Source: Octopus bimaculoides (taxonomy: Eukaryota). Taken from it: DNA of 64,000 nucleotides. The stretch lies in contig NC_068983.1 of the NCBI RefSeq assembly GCF_001194135.2, positions 80,538,849 to 80,602,848 of the forward strand, given 5' to 3'. The notes under the pieces were generated by a model that was not told the DNA's origin, ran no database searches, and saw only the letters and a list, made by a program, of their open reading frames with translations. The position numbers were made by a program, and so were the translations under genes. Below, piece after piece: positions 27,035 to 39,191 of the stretch (position 1 is the stretch's first letter; each line of letters opens with the position of its first letter).

Positions 27035-27480
27035 AAGAAACAAATAGATGAACAAGACAGGCAACATAAAGCACATTCCATTCATCAGTTGTCCTCTGTT
27101 TTATCTACTCTGCATTTCAAAGATAGGGACAAGACGCGACTTCGTTAAAACGGTCCTTCCTGCAAAGCAAATTAAATAAAATTTGGGTTTTTGTGCAGAG
27201 GGTTAAAGTGGTAACAAAAATAGGACAGTAAGAATAAAACAGTAAAAACAAATGGGGAGGGCTGTTAATCCATAACAAGGTGAAGTGGTGAACGCTGGAA
27301 AAACGAGCTTTGAGAAGGGACAGGCAAAAGCACGTCTTGTCTTTAGGAAGGAAGTGGAAGAAAGAAAGATAGATAGCTGTTGGTCATGTGTGAGCAATAA
27401 GAGAGTGAAGGAGGAAGAGTGAGAGAGAGAGGGAATGGTGAAGGGGAGAGAAGAATTAGAGAAAGGGTGGGAATGCCATG
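27035..27480 (-). repeat. Dispersed repeat family E (possible Penelope-like 3' end)
   Basis: Reverse complement aligns with 56075-56300, 41003-41200 and 56680-57300 (cacatgacc..tctttctttc; ttttaacga..gcgtc.tg.cccta..ctt(c/t)gaaatgc...ctgatgaa). Confidence 0.6.
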
Positions 27481-27589
27481 CATCCTCCATTTCCAAGTAA
27501 GTTTTAACATATAATGTATGCGCATATATATATATATATATTTATATACACATATATAAGCATGTTAGGCATATATACACATGCATATA

Positions 27590-28700
27590 TATCCTGTTTT
27601 CTTCATTGATAGGGTTCAAACAATGTTGTCTTTGTTACTCAGTTCATGAGATGACTAAAGTGTTATATTTCCTGTTGTAGAATTCATGCTAGGTTTGTGC
27701 AAACCCAATTTCATTGATCTCTTGATCGTTCTCTAACTCTTAAGATCAAATGTGCATGAATGTGATTGTGAACCTTACTTCTTAATCACATAGAAATAAT
27801 CTTCTTGTTCCTGAAGAAATAATATCTTGTGAAAATATTTATTGATATGTGTGACCGGCTTTTTAGCTGTGTTCTCTCACCTAGTGTGTTGGCCTTGATA
27901 TGTTTTCAGTACATGAGGACTGAGAATCCAAAATATTCTCTGTTGTGATAATTTCACTTGTATTAGTGGAAAGTGCTGAATGCTGCTTTTCCAATTTACC
28001 AAACAATGTAATAACTAAAGATTTTGAATACATTGACAAAAGGTTATAGCATGAAAGGCTTGATGGTAGTGTTAAATATTTGTTGTGTTTGATAGTAGAG
28101 TCAAATATTTGCTGTTCATGTTAGAGTTAAATATTAGCTGTGCTTGATGGTAGAATGAAATATTTGTTGTGCTTAGGTACTTTGAGGTCATTGCGTCTTT
28201 TCTCTGGAGATGATAACCAAATTGAAATTTGTGCTTTCCATTTTTCTATGGAAAGGATTTGAATAGAGGATCCACCTTCTACTCTTGCCAGTTCTGGAGG
28301 AACATTTTAATTGAAATCAATTATGATTGAGATTAGGGCATAGTACCAGTGAAATTCTTTCAGTAATGTTTTCTATAGCTTGTTGAGCTGCACTCTTGAA
28401 GCAAGTGAATGCTGAAAAAAGGTTATAGACAGTTTGAATGTTACCATTTACTCAATATCTTTTAAATTCAAATCAGTGTCATCAAAATACCTCCAGTTAC
28501 CTTCATTTGTGAGTGAGGGCAGCTGATAGACGAAGTTCCATCAAAAACCAATCTCGTTTATTTTCCTTAAAGTTCCTTGGCCATATATCTAGTATCTTTG
28601 CTTAACTCTGATCCCAATAGATGCTATCAATCTACATGGAATTCTTCAAACATGATGGTTCAGCTATCCAAACATGCACATATGTTGTGGATAATGATGA
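27590..28700 (-). mobile_element. Highly degenerate Penelope-like element (RT, probable GIY-YIG side)
   Basis: Minus-strand EGNWRYFDD (PLE-type YxDD) near 28480-28505; MN*VTK resembling the MNC motif before GIY-YIG near 27620. Confidence 0.4.
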
Positions 28701-30004
28701 CCATCTTTCGTATTCTTTTTTGCTGCTGGTGTACTGTGGTATGTTGAAAAGTAGATAATACAAGTGAGATCACTGATTAGGATAGCTGTATGGATTGGTT
28801 TACCTTTGACTGTTGTTAAAGTAAACCAATCAGTATTACAGTTTCAAAGAATAAGATGTAAAAAATTTAAGTGAAACTGGAAAATGAAGAAACAGAGTAT
28901 AGTGCTTAGGGAAAGATCTTTGGAAGCTGGACGTCAAGGGAGCATAATTTGTGGTATTATTTCTAATAATACCACAAATATTGAAAGGAATGGTTACCTA
29001 GATGCCATCTTGATATTAGACTGATTAAGTCTGCAATGGCAATCATAATGATGAAACTGCAATTGTGTAGGAGAGATAAGAAAATAGTATTTTTTTATTT
29101 TTAGCATGGTCATGTTATTATTTTTATCTTGTGAGCCGTGTTCATTATTCCAGTCTAAATTTTCTATGATACACTTCTGCTTAAAATAAATATGCTAATT
29201 AAATTAGTACAGATTTCCAATTAAATTCCAGATTTTCAGACATGCACTGATGTGTGTGTGTGTGTGTGTGTGTGTGTATTAATGTTTGTCTTTATATTCA
29301 GTTATAATAAAAACAATTTTACATTAATCTGATGGGTTACTCTATACTTCTGTGGAGTACAAATTTATTATTCCTATACAAGAATATTATTGACAATAAC
29401 CTTGAAGTTTCAACCAGTTAAGCTATCATTGGACTGTGATGCATTGAACATAATCTTAGCTTATATTGGCTCTGCTGTGTTGAAATCTTCCTTGGGTGTG
29501 AGGGTTTGACTGGAGTTGTAATTACGTTTTAGGTTGGGTTGCTATGAAGAGGTGTTTTGAAGAGGTTTTTATTGAAACTGAGTGATTTTTCTCAACCTCA
29601 ACCACTTCTGAGCCATGCAAGCATGAGAAATTGGACGTTAAACGAAGAAGAAGAAGGAGGAGAAGGAGGAGGGGAAGAAGAAGAAAAAGGAGAAGAATAT
29701 ATACATATTTATATCAATGTATGTGTGTCACATATATATATTTATAGGTGTGCGTGTGCGTGTGCGTGTGTGTNNNNNNNNNNNNNNNNNNNNNNNNNNN
29801 NNNNNNNNNNNNNNNNNNNNNNNNNNNNNNNNNNNNNNNNNNNNNNNNNNNNNNNNNNNNNNNNNNNNNNNNNNNNNNNNNNNNNNNNNNNNNNNNNNNN
29901 NNNNNNNNNNNNNNNNNNNNNNNNNNNNNNNNNNNNNNNNNNNNNNNNNNNNNNNNNNNNNNNNNNNNNNNNNNNNNNNNNNNNNNNNNNNNNNNNNNNN
30001 NNNN

Positions 30005-30041
<37 letters not shown>

Positions 30042-31616
30042 CATACATATACATAGACATATACATTTCCCAAGTGTAAAAATCAATTATGATAAAGAAG
30101 TTTTACTTTTCGATTTGAAAATTCCTAAATTTAACTATGCACCTCCAGCCCCACACTTTTTGGATTATTATAATGAACAAAGCAAACCTGATGGAAAAAG
30201 GGTTTCATTTTTAGATTTGTTTACAACTGATTGGCAGTTATTTCTCTTGGGAAATTCGCTAACATTAGCAAAAAAGGTGGTGAAGGTAACTTGTGTGTTT
30301 CATTTATCTATATACTCATTTATTGCATAAATATGAAGAAAGAGATTATTAAAACATTCCTAATGTATTTGCAGCCACTTAATTCTAAATTTATATTTTT
30401 CATCTGAATTACAATAAAAAAGAAAGAATTCCAACAAATACATTAACAAAAAAGTTTTTATATAAACTGACATTAAAGAATTTATAATTATCTATCACTT
30501 ATGAAATGTATCTTATATATACTGTTCATAGAGTCTAATTACTCAGTTCTTCAAAACCTCAAAGGCCCTAATCATTTTTTTTAATATGCACCTGGTAAAT
30601 ATATTCAAATGAAAAAATTTTAATGCAATTTTATTAACATATTTGTTTTTCTACAACCCTAAAATATAATCCTTATGATACATCATAGTATTATGTTCCA
30701 TGATATAAAATGTAGCATGGGATAATTCAAAACAACCAACTTAAAGTTTGCAATGAATAATGATTGTTAAATCATTCAAGAACATTTAGAGAACTGTTTT
30801 AGAACCCTGAATATTTTTGACAAAAAGCTTTTATCTCAGCACTTTACATCTGCAGATTTAACTGATTTTCTAATGAAGAGTAAACTACAAAGTAGTATTT
30901 CTAATCAGGACTTGATGTTTTAGAAGCGATTATTCCATAGATTCTCAGTCAGCAAAATATTCCTGATAAGAGGAACATACTTTGGATAAAGAGATTTAAT
31001 TATTCAAACTTCTAACCTTAAAACAAATGCCACTGGCTAAAGTTTTAAGATTAACAATACCAGCATTAATGTATTTCTAATACAATAATTTTTCAGTAAA
31101 AAAAGTTCATATTCAATCTTGCAACTCTTTTCTTTCAATAATTTGCATGTTGAAGTTTTAGTATTTATGGTTTATCAGAGAACAAACATTGAATGTTTGA
31201 ATTAAATTACATAAGCTAATATATTCCTTATTTTTCTATTAAGTTATAAAATATGTTGAGTCAAGTTATGGAAGTCCTTACATTCAGTCCAGATTTGGGA
31301 TAAAAGTGAAGTATAGGAATCAAAGCATTCACCGGGGGAGGGGGAGTTCTTTAAAGCAGCACTAATGATAATGAGATTTTAACTCATGGGGTGCATGGGT
31401 GCAGTGAAAATCCAAAAACAATAACATAATTGTTTATTCTTAATAAGTTTTAGCAAATCTGAATGTGAATGTCTGATTGCTGTTGTTTTCCCTCATAACA
31501 TGTGATTCTCTAGTGTTAAAAGACTTTGACACACTGTAATATTTTGACCTCATTGTGTGTCTTCTTGATCAAAGTTACCTAGTTGGACAAATGAATTTAA
31601 CAAGAGAAAGTATATA

Positions 31617-32502
31617 TATTGGGTCATCTCATAAATAATGTGGTTATTTCAATTGCATGAACTAAAAGTCGGAGGGGGACAGGATAAAATACCTGCATCA
31701 ACTTGCTATAAAAGCAGGTAGAAACTTTACCCTGTCCTTATTTGATTTTAACAGTTACTTTTTCAAAGCTATAATGGAAGTGACAAAGGAGCATATTCGG
31801 CATATTTTGCTTTATGAGTTCAATAAAGGTAACTACACAATGGAAAGTGTGAGGAATAATAATGCAGTATAAGGGGATCAAACAATAAGTGTAAGCCAGT
31901 GTCAATGGTGGTTCCAGAAATTACAAGTCAAAAACCACAGCCTTGAAGATGGTCCTGGAAGATCTGTAGAGCTCAACAAGGATGTCCTGCAAACCCTAGT
32001 GGAACAAAATCCCATTGTAACTGTTGAGGAACTAGTAGAGAAGCTTGGATTTCGTCTTTCAACCATTCATCGACACCTGCATGCCATCGTGTTTTTGGCT
32101 TCAAGATGAAAGGCGTTCTTTCATCAGGATAATGCTCAGCCACATACAGCAAGGACGACATTTCAAAAGCTGGAGCAGTTTGAATGGGAAACGATGCCCC
32201 ACTCACCATATTTGCCGGACATTGCCCCATCTGATTATCATTTATTCCGCAGTCTTCAAAATCTTTTGGACAGAAAAAACATGAATTCTGTAGATGAGGT
32301 GAGAACAGTACTGGAGGAATATTTTTCATCATGGACAAGTGAATTTTGGAAGAGGGTCCTTGCAAGTCTACCAGATAGATGGAAGAGCATTGTAAAAGAT
32401 GAAGGAGAGTATATTTTAGATTAAAGAAGAGTTTCGTTTATCTTAATTTTGAAAAATAATAGAAGTATAAAAAAACTGCATTATTAATGGGATGACCCAA
32501 TA
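31617..32502 (+). mobile_element. Tc1/mariner (mariner-type) DNA transposon with internal deletion
   Basis: TIRs TTGGGTCATCTCATAAATAATGTGGTT / AACTGCATTATTAATGGGATGACCCAA, flanked by TA at both ends. Confidence 0.95.
31774..32424 (+). pseudogene. Mariner transposase pseudogene
   Basis: MEVTKEHIRHILLYEF...WWFQK..EDGPGR..TIHRHLHAI, deletion junction near 32090, then FHQDNAQPH..HSPYLPDIAPSDYHLFRSL..EGEYILD*. In-frame stop at about codon 33; the first catalytic Asp region is missing. Confidence 0.93.
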
Positions 32503-32939
32503 TATGTATGTACATGTGTGTGTGTGTGTGTTCTCTTCTGTTTTTAATTATTTAAATTTTTCCTTTGAGAAAGGAGCTGCTTTCCAACAAAGATGCAAAC
32601 CTCCATGGTTGGAATGTAGACAGTAAAAACAATGTCACATTTTAAACGTGAGAAAAGTCCGGCATATTTTTGCTGTAACACTTACAGATTTTATTTGTAA
32701 TGTGCAAATTGGTTGATTTCTTTTTCTGAAAACCCTAGCCTATCCAGATTGTTACTTAGGTATTTACTCACAAAACCAAGTGCACCAATTATTATTGGTA
32801 TAAATGTGAATTTATAATCTGGACATAGAAGTTGGAGGTTTTGAAGCATTTATCCTCTTTCTCTTTGAAAATCAAAGAGATATTCACATCAGTAGGACAG
32901 CATATATAACGACAAGCTAGTTTTTGATGGAGTTTCTCT

Positions 32940-33167
32940 ATTGAAGTCTAATGTCGGCTCTGTACCAATTAGATAGTACAGTTCTATATTCAAGAGATGA
33001 GGAATTATGTACATTATTTACATTTGACGGATATTTGTCCTCGTCTTGTTTGTTGTTAACAAAAATATCCGTCAAATATAAATAATGTAAATAATGTACA
33101 TAATTCTTCATCTCTTAAATATAGAACTGTACTATCTAATGGTATAGAGCTGACATTAGTCTCCAAT
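32940..33167. repeat. Long inverted repeat (foldback)
   Basis: Arms 32940-33036 and 33063-33167, 26-nt loop, about 6 mismatches, one 1-nt and one 9-nt indel. Confidence 0.92.
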
Positions 33168-33169
33168 GG

Positions 33170-34262
33170 ATATATATAGAGCATACATAACGGTACATAA
33201 GTTTTCTTGTCTTACCCAAAAAACAATATGAGGCCTGTTATTTTTACACTTGATCAATGTTTTGATAGGAATGTTCCACCAGTATTCTTTGTGCTGATGT
33301 TTGTGTATGTATTCAATAGCAGGTAGATTCTTTATATGTATTTCAGGACAGTCATCTTTCTGAATGGCATTGTATATTGCTTTTGTGACAATGTCATGTC
33401 ACACAGGAAGGTAATAACTTGATGATATTTTGGGGTAGCTGTTATTCACGTCTGTGATGCCTTCCACAGAAATATGACATAATCAACATTATTGGTTGCA
33501 TCTTGGAGGTTCAAGGGTTTCACTGTCTCTTTTGTTATTTTGTAGCAATCTCCTGTTCTTGGATTGTAAATGCATCGCCTTTGAAGTGTGATGTAACTGT
33601 CATGAGTCCAAGAGAGATTGTGCTACATGTTGATATTACTGTCTTCTTCAGATCTTTGGGAAAAATACCCATCCATAGTCCTTTTTTGGTATGTTGAGGT
33701 ATATTGTTAGTCCAGCTGTTTTGGGGTTGTATGGGAGGTCATCAGGAAGAGGGTGCTTACAAGGGAGTTTGCTACTGACATGTAGGATATTGTTCTCTTC
33801 ACATTTCAGCACTAAGTTAATATATTTATTTTGCTGCTGTTGTTTAGCAAGTGCTGTCTGAGAGAGACTGTACGACATTCAAAGGCTGTATGCACTCATC
33901 TCAAGCCTCTACCTCTGTCTGTCTACCTATTGTCTGTCAATATCACTATTTCTGTGGAGATTTCCAGTTGATGTCAGTACCTTGCAAGTTTTAACATCCA
34001 TGAAGTGGATTTCCAGTATAGACCAGTCAAGCATCCCAAATGCTGGAATCAGCACTGTTATTGCAAATGCATTGTGGAATTTTGTCTTATTGTAAAAGGA
34101 GAGTGCTGACAGCCATATTTTCCCAAGTCTGACATAATATTCTCAGGTCACTCTATCTTCATTCACACTAGCTTCATATATTTTCATCAATGCATAGATA
34201 CTTATAGCATTCTTTGTATGGGGCAGGAGAGTTAGTGAGGCCATTGATGCACAGGATTAGGG
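33170..34262 (-). mobile_element. R4/Dong-type non-LTR retrotransposon (restriction-like endonuclease), 3' fragment
   Basis: Minus strand: NLHRNSDID...GL, decayed C-x2-C zinc knuckle, YYLPV*HDIVTKAIYNAI (RHD motif), EYWWNIPIKT, RP.IVFW. Confidence 0.85.
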
Positions 34263-34399
34263 TCTGGGGGACTGATTTTCCCCATTAAAATATGAACGGT
34301 TCTTTTTTGACCAAATTCCCTTCCTAAGTCAAGTGAAAATGTTATTAATTCCAGATATTTTTTCTGGCATTATTAACATTTTAGCATAAATCTTGTTTG

Positions 34400-34624
34400 C
34401 TTCTATGCATGCATGCATGTATACATGTATGTATATGTGCATGTATGTGTATGCATGTGTGTATGCACAAATGCATGTATGATGTATGTATAAGCACATA
34501 TATATATATATATGCATGAATGAATGTATGTATCATGCATGTGTATATGATGTATGTGGCATGTATGTGTGTGAGCAGGCATATGTGTATACATGAGTAT
34601 CAATGTATACGTGCATACGCATGC

Positions 34625-34655
<31 letters not shown>

Positions 34656-34805
34656 CGAAAGTAGGTAAATAGGCAGTTTGATAAGTAGATAGGTAGGTAG
34701 GTAGGTATGTAGGTAAGTAGGTAGGTATGTAGGTAAGTAGGTAGGTAGGTAGGTAAGTAGGTAGGTAGGTAGGTAGGTAGGTAGGTAGGTAGGTAAGTTT
34801 GTTGG
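34400..34805. repeat. Compound microsatellite (ATGT/GT, then TAGG)
   Basis: Direct inspection; source of the spurious PTYL-repeat ORFs. Confidence 0.92.
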
Positions 34806-35384
34806 TAAGTTTGCAAATCCATTTTAAAATTTCAAGTGAAATACAAATTCTCCAGATATATAAAGACATGAAAGAAATATGATCTTGTTGTCTCTGATTC
34901 GTTTCAGTATAACTTTTAAACTAAATAATATTTAAGTTTTCATTTTTAGTATTATAAGTAGGTTAAACAAGATGCAAAGTCAAGTCCAATAACAGATGAT
35001 ATAGCAACAAAAATTTTTAAATAAAAGAAGAAATACCATCAAGATAAAAAGACTTACATCAAACATTAATTTATTGAGTAATGAGGTTATAAGCTTAAGT
35101 AAAGCAAAAATATGTTTTTAATTCTAAGTATATTAAAAGATATATATGCATGTGTGTTTGCACAAATATCTCATAGACACAAGCATGACTGCATGGTTAA
35201 GAGGACTGTTTTACAACCATCTGGTTTTCCAGTTCAGTTTCATTGCACAGCACCTAGAGCAAGTGACTTCTAATATAGCCCAAGGTCAAGCAATGTCTCG
35301 GGAGCTACTGTGAGAAACAAAGCAAATGGGTGTGTGTGTGTGAGTGTGTGTCTTGCATGCATATGTGTGTACATTATGTGTGTG

Positions 35385-35720
35385 TGTGTTTAATTGGCCA
35401 GAGCACTGGACTCACAATCATGAGGTAGTGAGTTTGATTCCCTGACCAGGTTGCGTGTTGTGTTCTTGAACAAGACACTTTATTTCACATTGCTCCAGTT
35501 CACTTAGCTACAGAAATGAGTTGTGACACCACTGGTGCCAAGTTGTATTGGCCTTTGCCTTTCTCTTGGATAACATCAATGGTGTGGAGAGAGGAGGCTG
35601 GTATGCATGGGCAAAGCTGGTCTTCCATAAACAACCTTGCCCAAACTTGTGCCTTGGAGGGGAACTTTCTAGGTGCAATCCCTTGGTCATTCATGACCAA
35701 AAGGGATCTTTACCCTTTAT
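35385..35720 (+). mobile_element. SINE family C
   Basis: tRNA-like head (tggccagagcactggactc...gagtttgattccc), body gtgttcttgaacaagacactttatttcacattgctccag. Confidence 0.8.
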
Positions 35721-35811
35721 CCTTAATTGTTTTATCTTCTACTTGTTTCAGTCATCTGACCGTAGCCAAAATATGAAGAATCAATATTAAAGGACGAATC
35801 TAATTCAACCG

Positions 35812-35857
<46 letters not shown>

Positions 35858-35996
35858 GCAACGGGCTTCTTTCAGTTTCCGTCTACCAAATCCACTCACA
35901 AGGTTTTGGTCAGCCTAAGGCTAGAGTAGAAGACACTTGCCCAAGGTGCCACACAGGGGGACTGAACCCGGAATCAAGCTTCTTACTACACAGCCA
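35858..35996 (-). mobile_element. SINE family A head
   Basis: Reverse complement of 36050-36205. Confidence 0.85.
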
Positions 35997-36038
35997 TATA
36001 CTCCACACACACAAATATATATATATATTCTATATATA

Positions 36039-36425
36039 TAGGCACAGGAGTGGCTGTGTGGTAAGTAGCTTGCTTATTGCTTACCAACCACATGGTTCCG
36101 GGTTCAGTCCCACTGCGTGGCATCTTGGGCAAGGGTCTTCTACTATAGCCTCAGGCTGACCAAATCCTTGTGAGTGGATTTGGTAGGCAGAAACTGAAAG
36201 AAACCTGTCATATATATGTATATATACATGTGTGTGTGTGTGTATTTGTGTGTCTGTGTTTGTCCCCCTAGCATTGTTTGACAACCGATGCTGGTGTGTT
36301 TATGTCCCTGTCACCTAGCGGTTCGGCATAGGCTTACAAAGAATAAGTCCCGGGGTCGATTTGCTTGACTAAAGGCGGTGCTCCAGCATGGCCACAGTCA
36401 AATGACTGAAACAAGTAAAAGAGTA
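36039..36425 (+). mobile_element. SINE family A, near full length
   Basis: A box TGGCTGTGTGGTAAG, B box GGTTCAGTCCC, CTTGGGCAAG core, internal TA/TG microsatellite, 3' body ending gactgaaacaagtaaaagag. Confidence 0.92.
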
Positions 36426-36589
36426 ATTAAATCTAATATAGATGTTGGTTGGCTGGTTGGTTGAAAATTCTGCAGCCACACTCTACATTGCATAGAGAGA
36501 TGGGGATAGAGAGAAAAAAAGAGAGATATATAAAGGATTAATATAAGATGTCCATGAGGAGTGGGAAGATAAAAATCATAGATATTTGA

Positions 36590-36740
36590 GGAGGGGAAGG
36601 GAAGAGGGAAGGGAAATGGAAGGGGAGAGTGAGGGGAAGAGGAGGGGAGAGAGAGGGGATGAGGAGGGGAAGAGGAAAGGAGAGAGAGGGGATGAGGAGG
36701 GGAAGAGGAGTGAGAGAGGAAGGAAGAAGAGGGGGAATAA
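36590..36740. repeat. GA-rich minisatellite (about 30-bp unit)
   Basis: gagagagaggggatgaggaggggaagagga repeated 2-3 times. Confidence 0.8.
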
Positions 36741-37694
36741 GCGAAAAAGTAGTTATGGTAGGAGGTATGCAAACGAGAAAATAGTTATATTTAATTTTAT
36801 TTAAAAGTAAAAAATAGACACTTTCCATTCGAAAATTAGTATTCATTTCCTCATTTTGTATAAACACCAAGAAATTTTATAAAATTTTATATGTATATAT
36901 ATATATATATANNNNNNNNNNNNNNNNNNNNNNNNNNNNNNNNNNNNNNNNNNNNNNNNNNNNNNNNNNNNNNNNNNNNNNNNNNNNNNNNNNNNNNNNN
37001 NNNNNNNNNNNNNNNNNNNNNNNNNNNNNNNNNNNNNNNNNNNNNNNNNNNNNNNNNNNNNNNNNNNNNNNNNNNNNNNNNNNNNNNNNNNNNNNNNNNN
37101 NNNNNNNNNNNNNNNNNNNNNNNNNNNNNNNNNNNNNNNNNNNNNNNNNNNNNNNNNNNNNNNNNNNNNNNNNNNNNNNNNNNNNNNNNNNNNNNNNNNN
37201 NNNNNNNNNNNNNNNNNNNNNNNNNNNNNNNNNNNNNNNNNNNNNNNNNNNNNNNNNNNNNNNNNNNNNNNNNNNNNNNNNNNNNNNNNNNNNNNNNNNN
37301 NNNNNNNNNNNNNNNNNNNNNNNNNNNNNNNNNNNNNNNNNNNNNNNNNNNNNNNNNNNNNNNNNNNNNNNNNNNNNNNNNNNNNNNNNNNNNNNNNNNN
37401 NNNNNNNNNNNNNNNNNNNNNNNNNNNNNNNNNNNNNNNNNNNNNNNNNNNNNNNNNNNNNNNNNNNNNNNNNNNNNNNNNNNNNNNNNNNNNNNNNNNN
37501 NNNNNNNNNNNNNNNNNNNNNNNNNNNNNNNNNNNNNNNNNNNNNNNNNNNNNNNNNNNNNNNNNNNNNNNNNNNNNNNNNNNNNNNNNNNNNNNATATA
37601 TATATATACATACCATATTTCCTGATATTACTCATGGTGGTAATGTATACTTTCAAAGTTAACTATCATATAACAGATAGTACTGTATGTGTGT

Positions 37695-37735
<41 letters not shown>

Positions 37736-37779
37736 TGTGTGCATGGGTGCATGTGCGTGCGTGTGTGTGTGTGTGTGTG

Positions 37780-37960
37780 TGTGTGTTTCTGTGTTTGTCC
37801 ACTCAGCAGCTTACATCCCTGTAAGTTAGCAGTTTGGCAAAAGGGACTGACAGAATAAGTATTAGGCTTACAAAGTATAAGTCCTGCACTCAATTTGTTC
37901 AACTAAAGGCAGTGCTCCAGCATGGTCACAGTCAAAATGACTGAAACAAGTAAAAGAATA
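37780..37960 (+). mobile_element. SINE family A 3' body
   Basis: Homology to 36255-36425. Confidence 0.75.
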
Positions 37961-38064
37961 AATTTTAAAAACTGTGGAAAAAACTGTGGAAAAACTATGT
38001 GTGTGTGTATGTATGTATGTATGTATGTATGTATATATACACACGCACACTTATATATGTATAT

Positions 38065-38220
38065 ACAGATGTGGCTATGTGGTAGGAAGTTTACTTCCTA
38101 AGCACATGGTCTCTGCTTCAGTCTCACAGCATGGCACCTTAGGCAAGTATCTTCTACAACATCCTTGAGCCACTAAAGCCTTAATAGTGTAGTTGGTAGA
38201 AACTGAAAGAAGCTCATCAT
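38065..38220 (+). mobile_element. SINE family A head followed by long (TA)n
   Basis: gtggctatgtggtaggaag...ggcaccttaggcaagtatcttctac...aactgaaagaagc. Confidence 0.78.
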
Positions 38221-38221
38221 A

Positions 38222-38295
<74 letters not shown>

Positions 38296-39173
38296 CAAAC
38301 ACACACACATATATATATGCATGTCTATGTATATATATATATATATACAAACATACATACAGATATACACACGCACACACGCACACACACATACACACAC
38401 ATGCACATACATACATATATGTATATACATATATGCATATACATATAGATACATATATATGTTTTATATATGTTTTTATGTATTCATACATGCATACACA
38501 TGAGTAAATTTTGTCCTCCATTTAATCGAACAATTATGTATCTCTTGCACGACTAAATTTCTGCTTAGCAGTTGTTATATTTATATTTACTTTTCATAAA
38601 AATCAAACTGAAGAAGAATTTATCACATCATATTCTTCTTAAACAAGAATGTTTGTTCTAAATAAATTGAATTATATTGTAGGTGACATTTTTTCCTGAA
38701 ATTTTGCTTTGCTTTCTTCTTAGTTTCACTTTTAACTTTTCCATTTTCATTTTTATTCTCTGAAATTCACAAATCTTAGTGTATATTAGTAAGTTGCAAA
38801 TACAATAAAATAATAAAAATTCATTAAGAAAATTTAAATAATATCTAAAGATAATTTTCAATAGTTAAATATATTTATATGAAATTGATTAAAAATGAAT
38901 CCTAAGAAATGTATATAAGTCCTGATGAAAATTTCCAAAGTAAGTTAGATATTTTATTGTGGATAAGATTGAATATTCGATATACAAAGCAGTTTCATTT
39001 AAATGTCTTCTCTCCTTTTCTATAATCATTAAGTTATATTAGAAGGCATTATGATACAGAAAAAACAAAACTATAATAAAATGGAATAAATTTGTTACTA
39101 AAATTGTTTATGTATCCAATTTTGTTTACATGTTTTGTTCATTCCTATTCTGTGTTGTCCTTTCATTTTTAAG

Positions 39174-39191
39174 GATGCACATATTCTTCAA
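39174..39191 (+). CDS. Candidate 18-nt micro-exon of an unidentified gene
   Basis: Long pyrimidine tract ending ttttaag|GATGCACATATTCTTCAA|gtgagt; open in all frames. No homology evidence. Confidence 0.25.

Noticed and set aside
31774-32424. Domesticated SETMAR-like gene
   Set aside because: No SET domain; TIRs are intact; there is an internal stop and the catalytic region is deleted.
34329-34869. ORFs with PTYL, YIYI, HTHT, CVCV or RQTD repeats throughout the window
   Set aside because: Translations of (TAGG)n, (TA)n, (CA)n and (TCTG)n microsatellites.
36039-36130. tRNA gene calls at SINE heads (also 45600-45680, 35385-35450, 42778-42850)
   Set aside because: A and B boxes are present, but there is no complete cloverleaf and each continues into a SINE body.
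36590-36740. Functional G-quadruplex or acidic/basic coding repeat
   Set aside because: A simple GA-rich minisatellite next to a SINE; nothing beyond composition supports a function.
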